DNA from: Bdellovibrionales bacterium
GTDB taxonomy: Bacteria > Bdellovibrionota > Bdellovibrionia > Bdellovibrionales > JAUICD01
NCBI GenBank assembly: GCA_965262715.1
Contig: OZ253553.1
Span: 992,001 to 1,056,000, forward strand
Length of the DNA stretch: 64,000 bases
Direction: 5' to 3'
Made by a program: the position numbers and the translations under genes. Of this stretch, positions 56,319-64,000 are shown one piece after another. Within the stretch, counting starts at the first letter, position 1. Every line of letters begins with the position of its first letter. The notes beneath the pieces are model-generated. The model saw only the letters and a program-made list of their open reading frames with translations. It made no database searches and was not told where the DNA came from.

Positions 56319-58008
56319 CCTGACTTCGTGATTAAAGATATACACTACATTGCTTTTTTTTGATAAGCCTTGATATTTATCTTACAAAGCCCTTATATTT
56401 TAATAAGTTAAGCTATTTTAAAAAAAAAGTATATTTTTTAAAAAAGCTTGATTTTATGTTTGTAGTGTATAATATATACACTATGAGTTTTATAAGGAAA
56501 ATTAAAAAAGGAAAAAAGATTTATCTAGCTGAGGTTGAAAACGAAAGAGTCAAAGGTAAGATTGTGCAAAGACACCTTCGTTATGTTGGAAAGATGGTGG
56601 ATGATCAAACAGTGATATCTACTTCTTCCAAAGACTTGCAAGTTGATAGTGTCAAGGTCTATGGACCTTTACTGGTTTTAAACAGGATTGCCAATAAAAT
56701 ACAGCTTTCAAAAATCTTAGGAAAATACTCAAATGAGATATTAAGCATGGTTTATGCTCATTGTTTAAACTATAAAAGCGTCAATAATATGCCTGATTGG
56801 TTTGCTAGAACAGACTTAAATGCTCTCTTAAACTTAGAAAATCTAACAGAAAGCCGACTACTTTCAGCATTTGACAGCTTGACTGAGGAAAAAATAGAAG
56901 CTCATCAAAGAAATATATTTAATAGTGTTAAGAAAAAGTACAAATTATCTTCACGCGGGATTGTTTATGATGTGACCAACACATACCTTTATGGCACAAA
57001 ATGTCAAATAGCCAAATTAGGAAAAAGCAAAGATGGCAAAAAAGAAAGGCCATTGATTCAAATAGGTTTAGCTATAACACAGAAAGAGGGTATTCCTGTT
57101 TTCCATAAGACGTTCGATGGCAATATCCATGATAGTAAGACTTTATTGGCTCTTGTGAAGCATTTTTCTGATTATGATCTTCATTCAGGGATTTTTATTT
57201 ATGATCGTGGAGTGACGTCTGCAAAGAACTTGAAGTACATAGGAGGTTTAGGTTGGCAAACACTGTGTGGTCTTCCTATTAAATCAAAAGAGAAGGCTAT
57301 CATCAAAAAGCTTTTGAAAGGTCATTCATTAGCAAAGATGTCAAATAGAGTTGTCATCAATAAAAGCAGTTTTTATGTGGAAACTGTCAATTATGAGTTT
57401 AGTGGTATAAAAGGGAAATTGGCAATATGTTACAATGAGCGTAGGAAAGTAGATTTAAAGGAGTCTCGATATGATGAGATTTCACATGCTCAGAATTTAC
57501 TTTCTCAAAACAAAGTCATAAAAAGAGGACTGAAAAAATACCTAACCCCATCTGGTAGGATCCGACATGAAGAATTAGCAAAAGCAGAAGAGTTTGATGG
57601 CTATTCCTGTATCTTTTCCACAAAACATATTCCAAAGCAAGAGATGATAAGCTTATATTTTGACAAGGATATAGTGGAAAGGGCTTTTAAAACTCTCAAA
57701 GGGATCACTCATTTACGTCCTATTCGTCATTGGCTTTACAATAGAGTCATAGGCCATGTCTTCATTTGTTATCTCTCTTATCTTTTACTGTCCATTTTAA
57801 AGTTGAGTTTAAAAAAACTTAATATCTCATCTGAAAAAGCTCTGACTGACTTAGAAAGTATGCATAAAGTTTATTTGTATGACAAAAGAAAAAAATATAA
57901 ATTTGTTAAAACTGTTGCATTAACAAAACATCAAGAGAAACTCCTCAAAACAATAGACCCTAAATTAATTGCAGATGTGTAGTGTATACTTATGACCACG
58001 AAATCAGG
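56319..58008 (+). mobile_element. IS1634-like element
   Basis: TIR CCTGACTTCGTG / CACGAAATCAGG; 7-bp TSD TAATTGA (56312-56318, 58009-58015). Confidence 0.92.
56483..57982 (+). CDS. IS1634-like transposase
   Basis: VYDVTNTYLYG, GKSKD, FDGNIHD, IYDRG, VERAFKTLK, LRPIRHW (ORF track starts 56360). Confidence 0.9.
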   Translation: MSFIRKIKKGKKIYLAEVENERVKGKIVQRHLRYVGKMVDDQTVISTSSKDLQVDSVKVYGPLLVLNRIANKIQLSKILGKYSNEILSMVYAHCLNYKSVNNMPDWFARTDLNALLNLENLTESRLLSAFDSLTEEKIEAHQRNIFNSVKKKYKLSSRGIVYDVTNTYLYGTKCQIAKLGKSKDGKKERPLIQIGLAITQKEGIPVFHKTFDGNIHDSKTLLALVKHFSDYDLHSGIFIYDRGVTSAKNLKYIGGLGWQTLCGLPIKSKEKAIIKKLLKGHSLAKMSNRVVINKSSFYVETVNYEFSGIKGKLAICYNERRKVDLKESRYDEISHAQNLLSQNKVIKRGLKKYLTPSGRIRHEELAKAEEFDGYSCIFSTKHIPKQEMISLYFDKDIVERAFKTLKGITHLRPIRHWLYNRVIGHVFICYLSYLLLSILKLSLKKLNISSEKALTDLESMHKVYLYDKRKKYKFVKTVALTKHQEKLLKTIDPKLIADV

Positions 58009-58234
58009 TAATTGAAGATCAACTTCTATAGGGTGATAGTTTGCGCTTTTTCTTATTTAGGATGAGGTATGTTAAGATTTCTATCACAATTAGATGCAAG
58101 CCATCCATTAAGAGCTTCCACTGCATTTTGTTTAGCATCTTTTAGAGTTCGACCTTCTGTAAGGCAACCTTTTAATTCAGGAAACTCTACAAGATACGAT
58201 CCAGGTTCTTGCTTAGTAATACGGGCAAAATATT

Positions 58235-58393
58235 TCATCTTTTTTTAACTCCTGCTAGTTTTAACAATTTCCTTTCTAATCCTTTACCTAAAGACCTATT
58301 CCCATGAATAGGAATTGAAATTGTTTGCCTTCTCTTTTCCACGATATGATGACTTCCACTAATTCTTGAGAGTTCCCATCCATGCTGTTTCAA
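58235..58393 (-). pseudogene. hicA: HicA toxin lacking its N-terminus
   Basis: Minus frame LKQHGWELSRISGSHHIVEKRRQTISIPIHGNRSLGKGLERKLLKLAG. Confidence 0.75.
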
Positions 58394-58833
58394 ATGGAAA
58401 CTTGGAACAGGTAAAAGTTTTAATTGCCTCTGGTGTTAATGTAGACCTCCTGATCAAAAATGCTGATACGGCTTTAATTGTAGCAAGCCGAGAAGGTCAT
58501 TTAGAAATAGTAAAATTTCTAATTGCTGCAGGAGTTGACATAGATAGAGATTTAGGAAGTGAGACAGCCCTAATAGCTGCAAGCTGAAGGTCACTTAGAA
58601 AAATAGTAAGAACTTTAATACCTGCTGGGGCTGATGTCAATATTGAAAGTGCAGCATCTGAAACAGCCTTAACTTTGGCAAGTTGGAGAGGCGACTTAGA
58701 GGTAGTAAAAGCTTTAATATCTGCCGGAGCTGATTTAAATATTAAATCTGATTTTGGCTCAGCTTTAACTGTGACAATTAAGGCAGATTACTTAGATATA
58801 GTAAGAGTTTTGAAGAACGCTGGAGCAAAATAA
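58378..58833 (+). pseudogene. Ankyrin-repeat gene remnant
   Basis: HAVSNGNLEQVKVLI, TALIVASREGHLEIVKFLI, then frameshift/stop near 58585 and further repeats to TAA 58833. Confidence 0.75.
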
Positions 58834-58939
58834 GTTCAATTACAAGAAAATAAAACGAGCAAAAAATCTTATTAGAATTCAAGTCAAATCTAAATGAGAT
58901 GTATTATTTCTTATTAACTTATGTGTCTACTTGGCGTAT

Positions 58940-59225
58940 CATGAAAAGACATAGATGTGGTCAAAACCTCAAATAAGGTTTGGTAGAAGTTAAATAAACT
59001 TCCAAAATATATTGAGCTGCACTTTGAGAGGTGGGCAGAAGCAGTTGAACTAGAAGGTATTTATAAAGTCAGAATGATAAAAGGCTATCATGATGAATCT
59101 CTAAAAGGTCAAAGAAAAAGGCATCAGTTAGGATTTCAAAAGGATACTGGATTATATATCGTGAAGAAAAGAGCATAAATAAAAATATTATTTTTATTTA
59201 GGAGATCAATAAACATGACTACTAA
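58940..59225 (+). pseudogene. Degenerate HigB/RelE-like toxin
   Basis: KLPKYI...WAEAVELEG..VRMIKGYHDESLKGQRK, frameshift, SVRISKGYWIIY..EINKHDY; internal stops. Confidence 0.7.
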
Positions 59226-59532
59226 AAAAAAATATTATCATCTTAAAAAACTTAAAGGAAAAATTGAAAAAGAAAGAGGTCCTATTACCTTTGGAAAAAC
59301 TTTTGAAGCATTTAGAAAGTGTGAAGAGATGACACAAAAAGAGCTTGCAAAAGTTCTTGGCATATCTGTTTCAAGTCTTTGTGATCTGGAAAAAGGCAGG
59401 AAAATCCCTTCCCCAAAAAGAGCCTATGAAATGGCACTGACTTTAAACATGTGTACTTCTTTATGGGTTCAAACTGCTATTCAAGATAAATTAAGACAAC
59501 AAAATATCAATTTAGTTGTTTCCGTTGCCTAA
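59215..59532 (+). CDS. HigA-like Xre HTH antitoxin
   Basis: MTQKELAKVLGISVSSLCDLEKGRKIPS; AGGAG RBS. Confidence 0.85.
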   Translation: MTTKKKYYHLKKLKGKIEKERGPITFGKTFEAFRKCEEMTQKELAKVLGISVSSLCDLEKGRKIPSPKRAYEMALTLNMCTSLWVQTAIQDKLRQQNINLVVSVA

Positions 59533-59557
59533 CTTTAAAAACATAACCATAAAATAG

Positions 59558-59980
59558 CTATGAAATCTTTAAGATACTTGAAGTCTTAGGATTGATTGCT
59601 GTTAAAAGTTCATCAAATTTTTTAAGCGTAGGAATATTCTTTCCATTTTCATATCTTCCATAGGCATTAGGTGAAGTTTGCCCTAATCTCATAGTGACAT
59701 CTTTTATTGTAAGCCCCATTTCTATTCTTTTTTGCTTTAAAATTAATGCTAAAATAGGTCCGACATGATTAGGAATAATAAAAAAAGAAATACTATCAAT
59801 AGGCTCAATGTCTACTCTAAAACTAGAGTCAAAATCAACAACAACAAGTTCAATAGCTTCTTTGATCATCTCATAAGCTTCTTTTTTAGTTTTTCCCTGA
59901 GTAAAAACACCGACTTCTGGAAAAGAAATACCCCAATACCTTTCACCCTTTTCTTTGATAAGCTTGCCTTCAAATTTCAT
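59558..59980 (-). CDS. hicB: HicB-HTH antitoxin
   Basis: FPEVGVFTQGKTKKEA.EMIKEAI plus C-terminal HTH (AYGRYENG). Confidence 0.85.
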   Translation of the reverse strand: MKFEGKLIKEKGERYWGISFPEVGVFTQGKTKKEAYEMIKEAIELVVVDFDSSFRVDIEPIDSISFFIIPNHVGPILALILKQKRIEMGLTIKDVTMRLGQTSPNAYGRYENGKNIPTLKKFDELLTAINPKTSSILKIS

Positions 59981-60165
59981 TTATTTTGTCCTTTTATTTT
60001 TTTTGCTTGATTAATAATTGCTTTAGCTGTTCCTTCTCGAATTTCTCTGTGTCTGGGAATTGGAATCCTATGACCTTCTTTACTCCATATTTCATGATTT
60101 CCTCCTTCTCTTTTAAATTCCCAGCCTAAGTTTTGAAGGAGCTTTTCTAGATGCTTTTTCTTCAT
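59977..60165 (-). CDS. hicA: HicA toxin
   Basis: GWEFKREGGNHEIW...IPRHREI. Confidence 0.9.
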   Translation of the reverse strand: MKKKHLEKLLQNLGWEFKREGGNHEIWSKEGHRIPIPRHREIREGTAKAIINQAKKIKGQNK

Positions 60166-60168
60166 ATT

Positions 60169-60200
60169 TTAATATACACAATATTGTGTAATTATGTCAA
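60169..60200 (-). promoter_or_regulatory. hicAB promoter with operator palindrome
   Basis: TTGACA-18-TATATT on minus strand; perfect palindrome TACACAATATTGTGTA 60175-60190. Confidence 0.6.
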
Positions 60201-60259
60201 ACAATATCTCTAAAAATAACAAACTTTTTTAATCTTCTTCATTTTCTATCCTTTATTAG

Positions 60260-61216
60260 GTGGATTCAAGTCGTAAGTGCAATTTCTTTTAAAGTTGTTT
60301 AAAGCGGGTTAGAGGAATACTCTAATCAATAGCTTTAAATAACGAAAGGAGTATTCCATGAGTTACACTCATCTAACCCAAGTTGAGAGATATCAGATTT
60401 CAGTTCTTTTGAGAAGTGGAAAATCAATAAGAGCAATTTCAAAGCAGTTAGGTCGAGATAAAAGCACCTTATATAGGGAAGTGAACCGTAAAAGGTTTTC
60501 GAGGCTATCGCCCTCAACAAGCCCATGAGAAGGCATTATATCGTCTGCAAAATTCTCATAGATATATAAAGATAACACAGAAAGTTATTGGTAAGATTGA
60601 AGGGTTTCTTGTTCGTGATTGGAATCCGGAACAGATTTGTGGTTATCTTCGTGAAAGATGTTTATTTGTAAGTCACGAGAGTATTTACCAGCATATTCTA
60701 AAGGATAAGAAAGTAGGAGGTTCTCTCTACAAATTTTTAAGATGTCAGAAAAAACAGAAGAAGCGATATGGTACAAGGAGATTTGATGATAGGAAAAAAT
60801 CACAAGGGAGCTTTAGTGACTCTTGTAGATAGATGCTCTAAGAAGACGAAGATCGTCAAAATAGGATCTAAGAGATCTGAAGCCATTTTTCATGCTATTT
60901 CTAAAGCTCTTAAAGGAGAGATTGTTCGTACAATGACTTTGGATAATGGTAAAGAGTTTTCATGTCATGAGAAGATCAGTGAATATACCGGTTGTAAAGT
61001 TTATTTTGCACATCCTTACAGTTCTTATGAGCGAGGTTTAAATGAGAACACAAATGGTTTAATCCGTCAGTATTTTCCAAAAAAGACAGATTTCAGAAAG
61101 ATCACTCAAAAGGATGTAAAAAGAGTTGAAGTTCTTTTAAACCATCGTCCTCGAAAGAGTTTAGGATTTCTAAGTCCTAAAATACAAAAGGAGTTGCACT
61201 TGCGATTTGAAGTTAC
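60260..61216 (+). mobile_element. Degenerate IS30-family element (frameshifted, internally deleted transposase from 60358)
   Basis: TIR TTCAAGTCGTAAGTGCAA / TTGCACTTGCGATTTGAA; MSYTHLT..ER, TLDNGKEF, ERGLNENTNGLIRQYFPK. Confidence 0.88.
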
Positions 61217-61418
61217 GTCATAATAGATTGTTACCGAAGCTTGGTAATGTTATTTTGATTTTCGGATTGGTTGCCTGCTGCCTATGGAAGAAGCTTGCCA
61301 TAACCTATATAACTATATTATTGATCATTTTCAGATTAATTAAGATATTTTTATATAAGGCAAGGTAAATTCAAATAATAGACCCAGCATTTTTAAGACT
61401 AATTCTAGAAAAAGAACA

Positions 61419-62405
61419 TTAAAACTTCATAAGAAGGCTACCATAAGTTAACCCTGCGCCAAATGTAGTCATTAAAACCATTTGCCCTCTTTGAATTTGA
61501 TTTTTTAAAACAGCCTCATCCAGCGCAATAGGTATACTACCTGCTGATGTATTTCCTGTTTTATCAATATTGGTAATGACTTTTTCCCTAGGGAAAGCTA
61601 GTTGTTTAGCAACAGATTCTATAATCCTGATATTAGCTTGGTGAGGAATAAACCAATGGATATCTAAAATAGAGAGATTTGCCTGCTTTAAAACTTTTAT
61701 ACAAGAGTCTGTCATGCTTCGTACAGCATTTTTAAAAATATCTCTGCCATGCATGCGTAAATGATGTTTTTCTTTTTCTAATACTTCGTGTGTGATAGGA
61801 AGGCGACTGCCTCCAGCAGGAAGAATGAGCAGTTGAGATAAATCACCATCCGATGCGACATGGTGATTGAGAATTTGAGAATCTTCTGATGATGCTCTTG
61901 AGAGAATAACTGCACCAGCCCCATCTCCAAATAAAATAGATGTCTGCCTGTCTTTGAAGTGAAGCATCCTAGATATCACATCTGCTCCAACAACTAAAAT
62001 ATTTCGATGAAGACCTGTTTTTATAAATTGGTCTGCTACAACCAGGGCATATAAAAATCCAGAGCATGCAGCTAAAAGATCAAATGCCATTACATGTCGT
62101 GTCTTTAGTCGAGATTGGAGCAAACAAGCTGTAGTCGGTAAAAAATGGTCAGGAGTGCTCGTAGCCACAAGAATAAGGTCAATATCAGTGGCAGACTTAT
62201 CAGCTGCCTTTAAAGCTTTAATAGAAGCTTCATATGCCATATCACTGGTGGCCTCATGATCTGCTACAATATGCCGTGATTTGATACCAGTACGCTCTGT
62301 AATCCATTCATCGGTTGTATCAATAAGTTTTTCTAAATCTTTATTTGTTAAAATTTTTTGAGGCAAATAAGAGCCAGTGCCAGAAATATAAGAGTTATAC
62401 AACAT
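61419..62405 (-). CDS. fabH: 3-oxoacyl-ACP synthase III
   Basis: WITERTGI, AACSGF, LFGDGAGA, PHQAN, GNTSAGSIP. Confidence 0.96.
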   Translation of the reverse strand: MLYNSYISGTGSYLPQKILTNKDLEKLIDTTDEWITERTGIKSRHIVADHEATSDMAYEASIKALKAADKSATDIDLILVATSTPDHFLPTTACLLQSRLKTRHVMAFDLLAACSGFLYALVVADQFIKTGLHRNILVVGADVISRMLHFKDRQTSILFGDGAGAVILSRASSEDSQILNHHVASDGDLSQLLILPAGGSRLPITHEVLEKEKHHLRMHGRDIFKNAVRSMTDSCIKVLKQANLSILDIHWFIPHQANIRIIESVAKQLAFPREKVITNIDKTGNTSAGSIPIALDEAVLKNQIQRGQMVLMTTFGAGLTYGSLLMKF

Positions 62406-62411
62406 AAAAAA

Positions 62412-62636
62412 TCAGTTTTGGCTTTGATCTTGTTCTTGCTTTTTCTTAGCTCTGGATACTTTAATCATTTCAGGGTAAAAGCGATCTTTATAAAAGCCAC
62501 AATTGCTGCAAAAATGATGCGGTTTGATGGCCATACCACAATTTTTACACGTGGCAAAGACCATGCCTTTGATGGCATCATGAGAACGTCTCATCCCTCT
62601 TTTAGATCTAGTGGTTTTACTGGTTGGTTCTGCCAT
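62412..62636 (-). CDS. rpmF: 50S ribosomal protein L32
   Basis: MAEP..KTTRSKRGMRRSH, C..C..PHH.C..CGFY. Confidence 0.92.
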   Translation of the reverse strand: MAEPTSKTTRSKRGMRRSHDAIKGMVFATCKNCGMAIKPHHFCSNCGFYKDRFYPEMIKVSRAKKKQEQDQSQN

Positions 62637-62643
62637 AATATAT

Positions 62644-63189
62644 CTATATCCTTTCTTGAGATGGTTCTTTTAACATAACTAATTTTTTAAGTACAGAAAA
62701 AGGACTCTTGCCCTTATTTTTTCTCGATCGACAAGAACACTTTTCATAGTTTAGATTATTTCCACAACTATGGCAAAGACCATGGCAGTCTTTTTGACAT
62801 AGAATTTGAAAATCTGTAGCTAAAACTAAAACTTCGTGTAAAAAATGACTTAAAGAAAATTTAAGACTCATTAAAGGAAAAACAGAAATATCAGAAGATA
62901 TACCAGAAAGCCTCAATGCATCCATAGCCCTACCTTTTAAATAAAGATCATGAAACTTTTCAGAAAAAGACTTTCTAAAATGGCTTAAACAAAAAGAGCA
63001 TTCTAGTTCTCGAGTACCTGTAATGCTCCCATAAAGTTCATAACCTTGATCAATTGGTATGATGTTTACCTCAGCCTCAAAAGGGTGGGATGTTAAAATA
63101 TCTTTAAGAGCCTTTGCCATCTTACGATCTGTTTGATTGACCCTTAATAAAAGGCCCTCTACCGGAATGTCACTAAGCTTTATAATCAT
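62644..63189 (-). CDS. YceD/DUF177 family protein
   Basis: C..C motif, LC..DC.GLC..CG.NLN...C.C, PFSVLK; upstream of rpmF. Confidence 0.88.
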   Translation of the reverse strand: MIIKLSDIPVEGLLLRVNQTDRKMAKALKDILTSHPFEAEVNIIPIDQGYELYGSITGTRELECSFCLSHFRKSFSEKFHDLYLKGRAMDALRLSGISSDISVFPLMSLKFSLSHFLHEVLVLATDFQILCQKDCHGLCHSCGNNLNYEKCSCRSRKNKGKSPFSVLKKLVMLKEPSQERI

Positions 63190-63345
63190 AATATGTCCTA
63201 TTTAAACCATAAGGGTGTTTTTAGACATTTCTCATAGATATAATACTTCAGGACATTAAAATCAAGGGTTCTAACACATCATGTATATCTGCCAATTATT
63301 AATGAATTACAAGATGTTATCATCATCTAGCTTGTAATATAAAGA

Positions 63346-64000
63346 CTATTTTCTTGAAAAAAAATGACCAATAATGGCCTCTTGAGCTTTGAAAAGTATA
63401 TCTATAGAATCACTTACGGCCTGTGTCATTGACATGAGATGTTCATGAGAAAAAGGTCTGCCTTCGGCAGTTCCTTGAATTTCTACAAATTGTTTAGAAC
63501 CTGTCATAACAATATTCATATCTGTTTCAATACTGCTGTCCTCTTCATAATTCAAGTCCAAAAGAACTTCATTTTTTGAGAGCCCTATACTTAAAGCTGC
63601 TAAGTAATCTTTTAATGGTAGAGATGATATTGTTTGATTTTCAACAAGAGACTGAAGAGCTAAAGCTAACGCGACAAATCCTCCCGTAATAGCAGCTGTT
63701 CTTGTACCACCATCTGCTTGAATAACATCACAGTCGACAATAACTTGACGTTCTCCTAATGCTTTCAAGTCTGTCACTGACCTTAAGCTTCGAGCAATCA
63801 ACCGAGAAATCTCTTTTGTTCGGCCTGAAGATGCTACACCCTCTCTTTTCATACGTGTGTGTGTAGAGCGAGGTAACATACCATACTCTGCTGTCACCCA
63901 ACCTCTATTATGACTCTCAGAAGATAGCCATTTGGGTAAAGAATTTTCTACAGACGCTGTGCATAAAATTTTTGTGTGCCCAAATGAAATCTCGACCCCA
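63346..64000 (-). CDS. rph: Ribonuclease PH (5'-partial)
   Basis: GWVTAEYGMLPRST, GRTKEISRLIARSLR, QADGGTRTA, EIQGTAEG. Confidence 0.96.
   Translation of the reverse strand, partial: GVEISFGHTKILCTASVENSLPKWLSSESHNRGWVTAEYGMLPRSTHTRMKREGVASSGRTKEISRLIARSLRSVTDLKALGERQVIVDCDVIQADGGTRTAAITGGFVALALALQSLVENQTISSLPLKDYLAALSIGLSKNEVLLDLNYEEDSSIETDMNIVMTGSKQFVEIQGTAEGRPFSHEHLMSMTQAVSDSIDILFKAQEAIIGHFFSRK

Larger units (their letters stand above)
56117..58238 (-). pseudogene. hicB: HicB-HTH antitoxin, frameshifted and split by IS1634
   Basis: YLVEFPELKGCLTEG.T...A.EAL N-domain; frameshift near 58055; HTH part RKAKKLSQAQIAKKLNITQQAYAKLE at 56117-56318. Confidence 0.8.

Overview
AT-rich bacterial chromosome segment. 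Gene content (pheS/pheT/ihfA/merR order, pilin type, 16S signatures) suggests a Bdellovibrionota-like lineage, and the ankyrin proteins, many IS and pseudogenes suggest a host-associated lifestyle; both are inferences. Housekeeping blocks: pheS-pheT-ihfA-merR, tRNA-Thr, pepP-tatD, tmk-holB, uppP, nfeD-SPFH-SPFH, a peptide ABC ATPase pair, pcnB, a 16S-tRNA(Ile)-23S operon with no 5S after it, and rph-yceD-rpmF-fabH with no plsX. Two accessory regions stand out. (1) ~8.7-30 kb is a nested inverted duplication. Two outward-facing type IV pilin genes have near-identical 5' and 3' arms around divergent middles, each followed by the same unknown membrane gene. They are bracketed by inverted Rpn (YhgA-like) nuclease genes that share a sigma-54 promoter/enhancer leader and in-frame internal RBS+ATG starts. 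The region also holds two IS-disrupted LTA-synthase-like genes and a tandem array of a structured ~150-bp repeat. (2) ~54-61 kb is a cluster of intact and decayed toxin-antitoxin modules with IS3, IS1634 and IS30 insertions. The structured repeat occurs about 10 times in the window and shows compensatory base changes; copies sit at a pilin start codon and on both sides of the 23S rRNA.
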